Origin: Mobula hypostoma
Taxonomy: Eukaryota
Direction: 5' to 3'
Assembly (NCBI RefSeq): GCF_963921235.1
Contig: NC_086097.1
Span: 35,900,001 to 35,964,000 of the forward strand
DNA: 64,000 nucleotides
Shown: positions 50,461 to 64,000 of the stretch, piece after piece
Position numbering within the stretch: the first letter of the stretch is position 1
How the letters are laid out: every line of letters begins with the position of its first letter
Program-made: the position numbers and the translations under genes
The notes under the pieces: generated by a model
Told to the model about the DNA's origin: nothing
Seen by the model: only the letters and a program-made list of their open reading frames with translations
The model's database searches: none

Positions 50461-52239
50461 TTACTAAAGTTGTGTGATGATTTAAAATGAAAATAAGCAG
50501 AGGTGATTCCTGCAGCTTCAGACATTGAAGTTTCTCCAGATTTAGTATATCACTTTCTATTTAAGAACAGGCATCATGCATTAGGGAGATTGTTTTTCCA
50601 AGCAGTGCCATCAATTTGATTTCATTCACTGATAAATATTTTATCATAGCATATACCAGTCTCAAATCCAAAGTAGATCATCCAAGGTTAGTGATGTTAA
50701 AAGATAAATATCAATTAATCAACAGCTAAATGGAGTGAAAATTTACCAGCACACTGCAAATGGAATAACATTCAATATCATGTGAAAAGGCAGGTCTCCT
50801 CTTTACCAGAACTTGCTCTGTAATACACTGGGACTGATATTGGCATAATTTTTATTTTTATAGCACATTTTTCTACCATGTTGTATCTCTCATGGACACC
50901 ACTTGTCCAATGTGATCCTTTTGTAAATTGTTGCATGCAATCCCATTTGGACCAAGGTGCACACAACAGCTTTTAGGTATAGAAACTGTGGAGATTGTAT
51001 AACAACTTACACTACTCTCTGCAACTGCTCTCCCCAAAGCCACAAAGAATTGTAGAGATGTGAAGGCAGCCCAGTCCATCACACCAGCCAGCCTGCCCTC
51101 CATAACCTATGCCAATACATTCCACTTCCTCGTGGCACTGTAATAGTATTATACTGCCCATTACGCTACCGTGCTGACAAGGAATTAATGCCATATTGTG
51201 AATTGAATTCCAAAATAAAGGAATCAACACCAATTTGTCAAGTTTCCAATATCTATTTGAATATATAAATTTCTTTCTTAACATTTTGCTTAAAAACAGG
51301 ATGAAAAACAAGTGGAAATCAAGGAATCTGTGGATGCTATGGGTAATGAAAAGCAAAACTGAGCATCTGGAGTCCAGTCATATGGCTAAATCCCTCTGCC
51401 CATTCTGCACTAATGTTCATTTACATAGATCCCTCCGGGGAAGGCACTTTAGAACCTCTAAAAGTCTTTGTGAATTCTGGAAAACAAAAGCACAAGTTGA
51501 ACTCTCTACGTTCCTGAGATATATTCAGATGTTACCTCAGTAATGTCAATTTCAAGCAATGGTTTAAAATGGTAAAGAGACACTGTGCTATGTCACACTA
51601 CCAATAGGCAAATAGGCAAATGCTCCTCATCCTGGTTTGCAAGGTGGATCATGGAACTAGTATAGCACAGTAGTTGACCATTCTGTCTGTCATGCCTGTG
51701 CCAGCTCTTTGCTCTAACAAATCTTTCAGTTCCATTTCCCACCTCTTATCCTACACACTGCCACAATATTCCTTCTGTCATACTAGTTACAGGGCATCAT
51801 TGGTTGTGATTGAACATTATACAGTTTTCTTCACAATTTCACATTTTGAAAAGCCTTCGCAGCATCCAACATGTCCCAGACAAGACTCTGGCTTGACCTC
51901 CGCATTCACAACAAATAGGAGCAAGACAATGGTCATCTCTAGCAAAAGGGAAGAATTTGCCCAACTTTCCTTGAAAAATCAAACCAAAACCACAGCTGGA
52001 TCTCCTATAACCTATCATTCTGGTTGGGTTGCAATTGATTAGAATGCTAGCCATTCAGTAGATGGGCATCTTGTGGAGAATTCTATTTTCTGAAAGTAGA
52101 AGCCAGAAGTATGAAAGAAATATCAACAACAACACTCAAAGTTTGACACCAATCTGAAGGTAACAATTGGCACCTCACCCCAAAAAAACACCTTAAGTAC
52201 TCAGTTCCTCTACATCAACACACAGGGCTACAATGCATA

Positions 52240-52866
52240 TGAAACCCCACTGGTTTCCTTGGCTGCGTAAGTCTAGAGAACACACACTCCAGTCCTGCCA
52301 AACCCATGCAATTGAGACAGCTTTCCCACCCCAGACCCCGGTTTGTGTGGATGCTGTGTAATTGGCTACCCTATTACAACTCAGCGCCAAGCAATAACAG
52401 ACAGCACACTGCAAACGATTAAAGGAATTATATTTATGAATCTTATCTAAAGGGTTAGTAAAGAAAAGAAAGAAAAAAAAACAAAAAGGGTCTATTATAA
52501 TTAAACAGTCAAATGTGCACAAGTTGGAGCTCAACTCTTCCGAAAGTCATATTCACCGATCCTCAGTAGACCCCCGCACCTTGTTCCATCGAATCACGGT
52601 CCTCCACCGGTTCGAATCCTATGGACCGTTCTCTCCAGCATCTTCTCTTCATTTCCCACTGAACAAAAAAAAAATCCAAGACCAACGTCAGTGTCCCTCA
52701 CAAAACCTCCCAGTGCCACCATCCTAATTGGATGACACACATTCCTCAACACCCCTTATCTTCAACAATAACCCAAACAGGCTGAAAGCAGAACAGACTG
52801 CTCTTACAGAACTGTTAAAATGAAATGCCTACAGCATAGCAGTAAATTGTGAACTAGGGTGTTACG
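52240..52866 (-). mobile_element. Solo LTR, distant relative of the 26061-30148 LTRs
   Basis: Shares GTTTGTGTGGATGCTGTG, AATAACAGACA and GTGCACAA..GTTGGAGCTCAA with 26061-26743. 4-bp TSD CATA (52236-52239, 52867-52870). Confidence 0.75.
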
Positions 52867-52999
52867 CATACTATACAAATGATGCGCTAAAGCAGTGCAT
52901 CACATTTTCTTTGACAACATCTCCCAAATGTAAGAGGTCTACCATTTATGAAAACTAAGGCAGCGGTTGCAGAGGAGAACCATCATTCCTCTTGACATC

Positions 53000-54370
53000 C
53001 TCTCAGAATCAAATCTTCAGCCAATTTGATTCACTTTGCATGATATCAGGCTAGGACTGAGAACTCTGGACAAAGCAAAGGCTCTCAGACTGGAAAATTT
53101 GAGTGTTGTAGAACTGTTTTCCTGCACTCTCGAACTAGCTCCACTTCTATCCCAGCTGTTTCTGTGCAGGTACAATGGTCACATTTACCTGACAATATGG
53201 AAACTTGCACTGTTGTGTCCAGTTCACCAAAAGTAGGACAAATCCTATCCAATTAATTACTACCCAATCAACTTTACACTCATCGTTAGCATAATTGTAG
53301 AAGCTACCATTAACTGTGCTATCAAGAGGCACTTACTCGACAATAGCGTAAAGAAAGATTAGTTTTATGCGTCACCTATACATTGAAACATACAGTAAAG
53401 TGCATCGGTGTCTGCCAATGACCAACTCAATCGAAAGATGCCCTGGGAGGGGGTGCAGTTTACAAGTGTCATCTTTATCAATGATTTTCCTGACATCATA
53501 AAGCCAGAAAATAGTATGTTTACTGGTGACTGTTCAATGCTGAATTCTATTTGCGGTAGGACCTTGACAATGTTCAGAATTTCCATTTAATGACCATCTC
53601 CGGAAACAGAGAACACAGCCAGATCTCCTTGTCATTTAAGGTATTTCCATAGTCTGGACTGCACCAACAACACATTGGGATCACCATTGACCAGAAAGTC
53701 ATCTGGACCAGCTACTTAAGTATTGTGTGGATACAAGAGCATCTTGGTGGCTGGGTGTTCTGTGGTGAGTGACTTGCCTCCTGGCATCCTAAAGCATTTC
53801 TACTACCTACAAGGTACAAATCAGGAATATGAAGGAATTCGCCCCACATGCCTAGATGAATGAACAACTTTCAAAAGTCTCAGCAGCATCTCCAATAAAG
53901 CAGGCCACTTACCTGGCATTCACCACTCAAAATATTCGCTTCCTTCACCACCAACATACAGTTGCTGTAGTGTGAACATCAACAAAATGCGTTGCCATTA
54001 CTCGCCAATGAACCTCTTGCAAAGCTGTACTCTGAACCACCGAGAAGGACGATGATAGGAGGCACATGGAAGCACCACCAACTGCACATTGCCTTCCAAG
54101 TCATACCCCACTTGCTTTCAATTCTGCTCATGAAAACCCACTACATTGCTACTAAGCTTGTTCATTTTGGGTATAGGTCAAATGCAACTGTGGAAATATA
54201 TCACTATTCCTTCATCCTTGCTGGATACAAATTCTGGAAACCCCTAACCAACAGCTCTGCTGGGAGCATCTTCATCAGATGCACTATGAGTCAAGAAGCT
54301 GGCTTGCTATGTTCTTCTCAAGGGCTATCAGGAATGAATAGTACATGCCAGTGATGTACATATCCAAAAA
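53000..54370 (+). mobile_element. Old CR1/L2-group LINE fragment
   Basis: ELAPLLSQLF..WKLALLCPVHQK, FINDFPD and MFTGDC (degenerate FADD). Confidence 0.6.
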
Positions 54371-56060
54371 CAATTGAAAATAAAAATTTAATTTTGAAAC
54401 GTTGTGCTGGTCCTTCATCACTGAATCTTAATGGTGGAGCTCACTGATTAACAGCAATAGGTTAACACCATCACCACATGGACTCCAGCAGATGAACTTG
54501 CTTGCTCAACACCAGCTTCTCAAGACCCCTGTGCTGACCCTACTAATATTATGCACATGTCATTAAAAGAAAAATGAATTTAGTTTCCTAATTTTACCCT
54601 CACTATTTCATCAAATAACACTTCTTCAAAAACCAAGGCTATTTTCACTTGTCCCAGCAGGGAAGAAGTTAATTCTGCTCATATGATGCTCTCTAATTTC
54701 TCCCGCTGCCTCCTCTGTACATACCGTTCCTGCATCCCGATTAGAATGGCTTTGAGGAAAAGGCAGTAAATCTAAATTAAGCCAGTACTTCTTGTGACTT
54801 GAATACATCCAAGCAGTTGATCAATTTTATAAACTAATAAATCACACTCAGACCTACAGTGGCCAGGAACCATTATCACCTGTCTTGCAGACAGGAGGAC
54901 AGCCCAGAGCTTGAATCTGAACATGTTATGGATGATTCATTCAGGTGGAACAAGATCATTTTCTATGTACTTGCATATAAAAAGTGAAACATTAGTACTT
55001 TCCACAAACGTATTTGTTCTATAACCAGCAATGGACAGAGCTGAAAATAAATAAGGGTGAATGCCACATTCTGTGAAAAGTCTGCATTAAAAAGTCATTT
55101 ACACCCACCCTGTCAAGCCATGTTCTCCGCACATTGGCGTATTTTATGAGAGGAATTAAAAGCATTACTAAAGGTTTTAACATCACCAAACTTGATCCGA
55201 GGTGCATCTGACAACTAAGAACTTGAGCTACACTTACAGGAATAAGTTCCACTACATGTTTATTCAAATTCTTGCAGAAACTGGCCTAAATGCTCTCTCA
55301 TTAAACATTCATTTCAGTAGAACATTATACTAAATTGTTAGTTTACAACATGATTGCCAATGAAAGTTACCCTCAATATATTCCAGATACCAAAAGTGGA
55401 ACTTGCTTTTAAAAGCACCAAATACCTCAACAGAACAAGTTCAACTAAGTTTTTGAAACTTACATTTAAAAAGAACATAAAATAGCACCAATGAGAAAAT
55501 AAAAACAGGTTTTTCCAGTGATGCTATCTATAAACACAGTATTATGTTTCAGAACGCTCATTTAACATTTTTAAACATTGATCAGCATTTCTAATTCATA
55601 AATCAATCATCAATCAATGTTTAATTTAGATTCATTAACTCTAATTTGAAAAGTTATTTGGATGTGACCGGGAATTCAATACTAAAATTAAAAATACTTT
55701 TAAGATCAAACTTTTTAATTATGTAGGCCAAAGACAATCAAATACAAATGGACTTTAGTGCCCTGTTTTTGTATTACTGAGTGGTTATAATTGAAGTACC
55801 TCATGCCTGCATGATCTGAACAGTATGTGTTCATTCAGCATCCATCTCTGAGACGAACTTGGTAGAATCATCACTGATCGAGCTGCCCGAGCCCTGAACA
55901 GCACAGCTGCCAAACTATGCTTGCAGCAGGAAGTGACTGGAGTATGCCAACACCACACCAGAGGTCATCAAAGCACCTGTCCATGATGGCATTGATAGAA
56001 GTGACTTGCGGACATTGAGGATAGCTCTGACAATCAAGCGGCATTACAATGGGATAAACT

Positions 56061-56840
56061 GTTTCCTGTTCTTTCCCACGCCTCGTGGTGCATCGAGCGG
56101 CAGCAAGCCGTTTCTTTGGCACTTGTCTGTTTTTGACGAGGCCGAGTTAAACATAGAAACATAGAAAATAGGTGGAGTAGGCCATTCGGCCCTTCGAGCC
56201 TGCACCACCATTTATTATGATCATGGCTGATCATCCAACTCAGAACCCCACCCCAGCCTTCCCTCCATACCCCCTGACCCCCATAGCCATAAGGGCCATA
56301 TCTAACTCCCTCTTAAGTATAGCCAATGAGCTGGCCTCAACTGTTTCCTGTGGCAGAGAATTCTACAGATTCACCACTCTCTGTGTGAAGAAGTTTTTCC
56401 TAACCTCGGTCCTAAAAGGCTTCCCCTCTATCCTCAAACTGTGGCCCCTCGTTCTGGACTTCCCCAACATCGGGAACAATCTTCCTGCATCTAGCCTGTC
56501 CAATCCCTTTAGGATTTTATACGTTTCAATCAGATCCCCCCTCAATCTTCTAAATTCCAACGAGTACAAGCCCAGTTCATCCAGTCTTTCTTCATATGAA
56601 AGTCCTGCCATCCCAGGAATCAATCTGGTGAACCTTCTTTGTACTCCCTCTATGGCAAGGATGTCTTTCCTCAGATTAGGGGACCAAAACTGCACACAAT
56701 ACTCCAGGTGTGGTCTCACCAGTTGCTAACTAGATGCTTGACCCAAGCACAGATGGAAAGCATGCAAGTAGCTGGCTGGATTCGAACCCCGACCACTCCC
56801 CTCGAAGTCCGGTGCAGATGACACTACACCACCGGCTGGC
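56061..56840 (-). mobile_element. tRNA-derived SINE split by a CR1 insertion
   Basis: Minus-strand head GCCAGCCGGTGGTGTAGTG..GGTTCGAATCC..GCTTTCCATC, related to the head of 9598-11380. The body resumes at 56144. Confidence 0.75.
56149..56720 (-). mobile_element. Young CR1 3' fragment
   Basis: Open RPHLEYCVQFWSP..FFTQRVVNL frame, (TTTCTATG)n tail and flanking AGTT repeats. Confidence 0.92.
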
Positions 56841-59221
56841 GTACACTCTGCGTCTGGTCGCTCAAAACTGGTGTGGGTGATCAGCAGCAGGAGATGGGTT
56901 CACGGCAACAATCCCTTAACTCAGAGCCCAGAATTCTACAACTCTCTTCTTTGTCCAGCAAATTCATTGTTACAATTGAGTCAGGAAAATGTCTGACTCA
57001 CAAGGAAAGCAGAAAGGTATACCATCTTGCATCAATTTTCTGTTCTGTTTTGCTTCCATCTGTTGCTCAATAAACATTCTAATCTCTTATGACTGTTAAA
57101 GGGGGCTGGATGGGACACTGGTTCTATCTCAGTGGAGAGTAAGGCCAAGGAAATTGCACATGCTCTTCCCATTCCAGCACCTTCTCTCACCACAGCCTTG
57201 CTTCCATCTGTGGCTCAGTGTTCCTCTGAGATCTTCTACCAGATGCCTCTGAATCAGAATCAGATTTAAAATATCACCAGCAAAGGTGTGAAATTTGTTG
57301 TCTTTGCGGCAGTACAACAACATATTAAATAGTTTAATTAAGTAAGTAGAAAATTTTAAAAAGTCATGTTCATGGGTTCCATTTACTCACAGCCCACTAC
57401 ACCACTGTTGCCTAGGGCAGCACTGAAGGTCCTCTATCTCTGTCTGTCCTTGGCCATCTTCTCTGTTGTACCCCAGGTGTGATACAGTGTTCTCAGCTGC
57501 ACACAAGTGAAAAAGGATTCCCCTTTGCTGTTTCCGTAACAATTTCTCTTTGACCAGTCAGGTTAGTTAGCCCTGAGCTGAACTCATGGGTTCAGTGTCC
57601 ATTCAGAAATCGGATGGCAGAGGGGAAGAAGCTGCCCCTGAATCGTCGAGTGTGCCTTCGGACTTCTGTACCTCCTTCCTGATGGTAGCAATGAGAACAA
57701 GGTGATGGGGACTGTTAATGAGGACATCGCCCCCATCATTCTCAAGTCTGACAGCATTGACCATTGACGCTTCTTCACCATATACGCAGGCGGAGGATGC
57801 CTGACTGATTGAGACATATTCAGAGGCTCCTAGATGGGTAGGTGCATAAGCAGAGAATGGAGCAATATGGACCATACGCAGGCAAAAAGGCTTAATTTAA
57901 TTAGGCATCATTAGCTTCATTAATTTGGCACAATATTTTGGGTGAAGGGTTTGTTCCTGTACTTATAATTCTTTGTTCCATGTTAATGCAGTTGACACCC
58001 TTTCAATATGCATGTTAGTTCAAAGATAATTACATTCAGTCATGATGGTATAAAAAGATATTTTTACAAGATTTCTGAAGGTTGATCATCTGCAGCAATG
58101 ACTAAACATGTTTCCTCCTTTCATATTGGCCCTTGCTACTCTCTGTCTTCGTTTTCAATAACAGTGAGTGGGAGAGTCTGGACCAGTCGTTTACCCTGAA
58201 GGAGCTGACAAGCTCCATATATTCCTTTGAGATGAACAAAACCCCTAGAAGAGAATGCTATCATCTGAGTTGTGGGAGTGAACCCAGACGTGCTGAAGAG
58301 TGAAGCTCTAAACTCCTTCTAAACTCCTAGCATAAAAAGGGCATGGTTCACATTCACCCACAAGCAGACGGGGAGAGGGAGATGAGAAATTGCAAACTAT
58401 CTCACCGTTAAATGCACTTCTTGTACTTCTGCAAATCCTCTATTAAAATGAAGCTGTATCGAAGAGCTCTGGGCAGTTATACCTCAACATGATGACTGCA
58501 TCATTTATCTACGATAACCAGCTATCTTTCAAATTAAATTCATTCTAGTCTCCCTACTATTAAGGAGTTTTACTGCCTCTGTTATCAGGCTGCTGCCAAG
58601 TATTTGGTTTGTTTTCAGCAATGTGTGAATCATTTAGTGTTAATGTTGTTAATTAACACAATTAGGGAGCTCAACTGTGAACTGATTTCCTAGTCCTTTT
58701 ATGCAATGCATCTGTCAACCTTGTATGAAACTATTTAGTCTACTGACTGAAATTGTTTTTTTTACTTTGACATTGTTGAACAGAGGAATAAATTATATTT
58801 CTTTCAGTAATTCCTGCTTCCACCCAATACTATTGTGTCTGATCCTTATACGCATGGGTCCCCAGTAAGAGGAGCAGAGCAAACAGTTCAGTTTCTAATT
58901 GCTGGCCAGGTATTGAAAGCGAGAGTTCAGACATAGACAGAGGAAATTTTTATGAATGGGTCAGTGTCAGAGGATGATTAAGTTCCACAAGTCCGTTGCT
59001 GTTCCTTGGCTCACTTTATGTCTGAAAACTTTTCAACCATTTCAGTTCACACATTATTGATTTGAAATACCAATTCAGTATCACTCTCCACTATAGCATG
59101 CTGACTCGCTAAGCATTTTCAGCATTTTCAGTATTTATTTCAGAATTTCAGCATCTGTAATACCTTGATTTGATGGTTGAATCAGACTGTTCATAGCTAA
59201 TAGGATTCAAATGTGGTACCA

Positions 59222-60691
59222 CGACCTGAATGACTACCGACCTGTGGCTCTGACATCAATTGCTATGAAGTGCTTCGAGAGGTTGGTTATGGCACACATC
59301 AATCACAGCCAACCAGTCAACCTCGACGCTTTGCAATTCGCCTACCGGAGCAACAGGTCAATAGCAGATGCCATCTCTCTGGCCCTACATTCCTCCTTGG
59401 AACACCTGGAGAATAAAGATGCATACGTAATTGCTCCTTTTCATTGACTACAGCTCTGCCTTTAATACTATGATTCCAAATAAACCGACTCCTAAGCTCC
59501 GGAACCTGGGCCTTAGCACTCAGATCTGCAGCTGGATCTTCAACTTCCTCACAGACAGGACCCAGGCAGCAAAAATAGGGGACAAGCTCTCCTCTCCAAT
59601 CACTCGGAGCACCGGTGCTCCACAAGGCTGTGTACTCAGCTCCCTGCTGTACTCACTGTACACCCATGATTGTGTAGCCAAGTTTCCAACAAACTCAATA
59701 TATAAGTTTGCTGATGACACAACAATTGTAGGCCGTATCTTGGGTAATGATGAATTTGAGTACAGAGAGGAAATTAAGAATCTGGTGGCATGGTGTGAAG
59801 ACAATAACCTATCCCTCAACGTCAGCATGACGAAGGAATTGGTTGTTGACTTCAGAAGGAGTAGCGGACCACACGACCCAATTTACATCGGTGGTGCGCA
59901 AGTGGAACAGGTCAAAAGCTTTAAGTTCCTCGGGGTCAATATCACAAATGACCTGACTTGGTCCAACCAAGCAGAGTTCACTGCCAAGAAGGCCCACCAG
60001 CGCCTTTACTTCCTGAGAAAACTAAAGAAATTTGGCCTATCCTCTAAAACTCCCACTAATTTTTATAGACGAACCGTAGAAAGCATTCTTCTAGGGTGCA
60101 CCACAACCTGGTATGGAAGTTGTCCTGTCCAAGACCAAAAGAAGCTGCAGAAGATCGTGAACACGGCGCAGCACATCACACAAACCAAATTCCGTCCGTG
60201 GACTCACTTCACACCGCACGTTGTCAGAGCAGTGCTGCCAGGATAACCAAGGACACGACCCACCCAGCCAACACACTTTTCGTCCCTTTTCCCTCTGGGA
60301 GAAGGTTCAGGAGCTTGAAGACTCATACGGCCAGATTTGGGAACAGCTTCTTTCCAACTGTGATAAGACTGCTGAACGGATCCTGACCCGGATCTAGCCA
60401 TAGTCATAGTCATAGTCATACTTTATTGATCCCAGGGGAAATTGGTTAATCTGGGCCGTACCCTCCAAATATCCAGACCTGCCTCTCGGTTTTTTTGCAC
60501 TACCTTACTTCCCATTTTTCTAGTTTCTATTTATGATTTATAATTTAAATCTTTAATATTTACTAATTTTAACTATTTTTAGTATTTAATATTTGTAATC
60601 CAGGGAGTGTGAAGCGCAGAATCAAATATCGCTGTGATGATTGTACGTTCTAGTACCAATTGTTTGGCGACAATAAAGTATAAAGTATAAA
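59222..60691 (+). mobile_element. Rex1/Babar LINE (RT to 3' end)
   Basis: [52 protein letters not shown] and KKAHQRLYFLRKL; AATAAA(GTATAAA)n tail. Confidence 0.93.
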
Positions 60692-61300
60692 TAGCACAAG
60701 AAAGTCTGCAGATGCTGGAAATCCAAAGCAACATACACAAAATTCTGGAGGAACTCAGCAGGTCAGGCAGTACCAATGGAAATGAATAGACAGCTGACGT
60801 TTTGGGCCGAGACCCTTCTTCAGAACTCTGAAGTGGAAAGATATCAGAATAAAAAGGTGGGGGTAGGGGAAGGAGACAGGTTGGAAGGTGATAGGTGAAG
60901 CCATATGGGGTGGGAAAGGTCAAGGGCTGGAGAAGAAGGAATCTAATAGGAGAGGAGAGTGGACCATAGGAGAAAGGGGAGGAGGGGACCCGGGGGAAGT
61001 GATAGGCAGGTGAGGAGAAATAAAAGGTCAGAGTGTGGAATGCGGGGGAGGGGGCGGACTTGTTTACTGGAAGGAGAAAGTGAGGTGCGTGTCATTAGGT
61101 TGGAGGCTACCCAGACCAAATATAAGGTGTTGCTCCTCCACCCTGAGGGAGGTCTCATCTCAGCACAAGAGGAAGCCATGGATCGACATGTCCGTGCAGG
61201 AACAGGAATTGGCATTAAAATGTTTGGACACTGGGAAGTCCTGCTTGTGGCAAATGGAGTGGAGGTACTCGACCAAGTGGCTCCCCAATAGCGACGGTTT
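60692..61300 (-). mobile_element. Penelope-like element 3' part
   Basis: Minus strand HLVEYLHSICHKQDFPVSKHFN..RVEEQHLIFGLGSLQP; terminus with a hammerhead-like motif at 60791-60827. Confidence 0.85.
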
Positions 61301-61784
61301 TCATCCAAACCAGAAACAAGACATTAACATATCTAAAGTGGTAGAGGTGTGCTAAAATTTTCAAGGATCATTAATTAGGTAGATCCTAAATCATCCATAT
61401 TCTCTAAAAGACTCCTGGTAGCTGCTTTGCAGAGATCTTTTAGAGTCCAAGAATCTCCACCAGAATGCCGAGCACTATTGGGACTGCATCGTTTACCACT
61501 TGCATTCCCGAGGAAAGGGAGGGGCACAAGGGACAGCCATTTCAAGGGTTAAGTATGCACTTGGGCAGTATTCCACTACCACACTCTGCATTCTGAACTT
61601 CCCTTGAACCACCCTGAGGCAGGCCACGTGCACTATGAAAGCCTCCGAACGCATGCGTAGCCCATACCATCAGAGGGTCACATATGTACTTTAGAATATC
61701 CTGGAGACTGCGGCAGGTACACACTGCACACTGTGAGACACCACAGAGTAATTCGACAATCCTCTTTCATGAAAATAGTGTCGG

Positions 61785-61960
61785 AAGCATGGTGGCACAG
61801 TTAGTAGAACTGCTGCCTCACAACCATTTCAATCCTCACCTCCAGTGATGTCTGCGTGGAACTTGTATGTTTCTTTTCCCACGCCCTACCCCATCCCCAC
61901 CTCCCGAGACACAGACACCTCAAAAGTGCGCAAGCCAGTATGTTAAGTGGCTAATGTAAA
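61785..61960 (+). mobile_element. Degenerate V-SINE
   Basis: GCATGGTGGCACAGTTAGTAGAACTGCTGCCTCACA..TTCAATCC..GTGGAACTTGTATGTT. Confidence 0.6.
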
Positions 61961-62324
61961 CTTGGTAGTATCTGGAGAGAGAGCTGATGGGAATGTGATG
62001 AAAACACATTAGCATAGGAAACAGACTGTAATGGCCACAGACCCATACTGCCTCAGTCCAGCACTCGAAAACCATTTCATTAGTTCAATGGTAAAGCACA
62101 CCTACACATCACATTGCAAACAACCGGAGCGCTTACAACCCACTGCATGGACCAAGCAGCAGTGTCAGCTAAGGGAAAAGATAATGGTGTCCGCTGAACG
62201 ATAAAGTTCTCATGATCAGAAACGGGGTGGTCTTGTCCTATTCATGCTTTGTCAACCATGGAAGATCTTCACCATCATTTTGACTGCAGTCTACATCTTC
62301 CCTCAGGCAGACATCAAGCTAAGG

Positions 62325-63110
62325 CAGCGGTCCCCAACCACCGGGCCGCGGACCGGCACCAGGCTGCAAAGCATGTGCTACCAGGCCGTGAGGAAACGAT
62401 ATGAGTCAGCTGCACCTATCCTCATTCCCCGTTACGCACTGTTGAACTTGAACATAGGGTTGCCAACTGTCCCGTATTTGCGGGACATCCTGTATATTGG
62501 GCTAAATTGGCTTGTCCCATACGGGACCGCCCTTGTCCCGTACTTCCCCCGCTAAGGTAGAGCGTTCCTATGAAACCATTCGTGCCGAAATGGCGTGAAG
62601 CGAAGAAGCAATTACCATTAATTTAGATGGGAAAAATTTCTGAGCGTTCCCAGACCCAAAAAATAACCTACCAAATCATACCAAATAACACATAAAACCT
62701 AAAATAACACTAACATACAGTAAAAGCCAGAATGATATGATAAATACACAGCCTATATAAAGTAGAAATAATGTATGTACAGTATAGTCAGGAAGATGAA
62801 GGCAAAACCGATTTGTGAGGAAAAAATTGGCACGTACGCCCATGCGCACATTACATGCGCACACGGGTGCCCGCGCAAGGCTTCATAGTCATGGTAGTCT
62901 TTCCTGGGGTAAACACAAGTGTCCCAGGATTTGACTGCTACTTTTGTCCCTTATTTGGGAGTGAGAAAGTTGGCAACCCTAACTGTAAAAGACATGTTGA
63001 GGTGAGTTTAACCCTACTTGAACACCCCCACCCCCACAGGTCGGCCGGTCCGCAAGAATATTGTCAATATTAAACCGGTCCGCAGTGCAAAAAAAGGTCG
63101 GGGACCCCTG
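62325..63110. mobile_element. hAT-Charlie-type non-autonomous DNA transposon
   Basis: TIRs CAGCGGTCCCCAACC / GGTCGGGGACCCCTG; 8-bp TSD AGCTAAGG/AGCTAGGG; inserted in a LINE endonuclease remnant (..TAVYIFPQAD|..VEGDFNQA). Confidence 0.88.
62455..62981. mobile_element. Nested MITE with TAGGGTTGCCAACT TIRs
   Basis: Perfect 14-bp inverted repeats at 62455-62468 and 62968-62981, with sub-terminal TGTCCC repeats. Confidence 0.8.
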
Positions 63111-64000
63111 AGCTAGGGCATGAGGTGTGATCAATAAGAACAAAGCTGACACCTGTCACATCGTGGAGGGAGACTTTAATCAAGCTAGCTTGAAGAAGCC
63201 TTACCAGTATCAACACATCACCTGCAAACACTGGAGGACCCAACATACTCAGCCAACATTATTGCTCTATCCCTGGCCTTCACTTGGTAAATCTGGTCAC
63301 CTGACTGTGCTACTACTTCTGCCAGCATACAGATAGAGATGGAAGAGTACAGCACCAGTGAAAGAGAACTGGACATCAGAAGTGGAGGATCAGATTCACA
63401 GGATTGCTTCAAGTCAGCGGATTGGAACATGTTCAAGGAATGGTCCGCACTCCTATATGAACATCTCACAGTTCTCCCTGACTTCATAAGGGCATGTGTG
63501 ATTGAGTGTATTCGACAGAAACATTCCTAGCCTTCCCCACCAGAAGCCCGGAAACCAGGTGATTCGTAATCTGCTGAAAGCTAGATCTGGGGTGTTTAGG
63601 GCTGGTCCGAGAGTCATATACAAAGTCCAGGTACAACCTCTGGAAGGCTACTGCAAGTGCAAATAATCGAATAACTGATAGATGCTCAATTGCTGTGGCT
63701 GGGATTGCACAATATATATCTTTTTAAAATGACCCATCCCTCTTTGTTGTGCATTTAATATTTTGATGTATTTAATATTTCAGTAATATTTGAGTAATAT
63801 TGTAAATATATTGTTTGATTATGTCCCCTTTGTTTAAATAATTCTTTATGGGTTATATGTAAAAGTAAGCAAATGGCATACATCATTATGCCACCACATC
63901 ATAAGTGTACACCTTTTCTTTCTTTTCTTTATCAATCTTTTTATTAATTTTTTAAAAAGTACATATACACAAACAAGAGGAGAGTTATCTCAAATATCTA

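Noticed and set aside
58406..58440. Minus-strand micro-exon candidate ending in GTGAGA
   Set aside because: Too short to identify and has no supporting neighbouring exons.
1..64000. Prokaryotic systems (CRISPR arrays, operons, rRNA)
   Set aside because: No repeat-spacer array, dense gene packing or rRNA motifs were seen; the content is vertebrate-type repeats.

Overview
This is a repeat-saturated eukaryotic window. It is most likely from a cartilaginous fish (ray/shark), inferred from HE1/V-SINE-like SINEs, CR1, Rex1/Babar, RTE and Penelope-like elements. I recognised no intact host protein-coding gene. A CpG-rich ETS/CRE promoter with a splice donor at 1807 suggests much of the window is intronic. 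The rest is nested transposon debris: a degenerate Gypsy element (2.1-7.5 kb), many CR1/Rex/RTE fragments, tRNA-derived SINEs, solo LTRs, Tigger/mariner/hAT DNA elements and a two-LTR Gmr1-type Gypsy (41.3-47.3 kb). The most notable object is a two-LTR, non-autonomous Gypsy element at 26061-30148 (minus strand). Its RNase H/integrase region is replaced by an intron-less, internally deleted piece of a sarcomeric myosin heavy-chain rod. Its gag, protease, RT remnant, myosin segment and pol tail all lie in one reading frame. Family names rest on motifs recognised from memory, not database searches. Coordinates without a TSD or TIR anchor are approximate.
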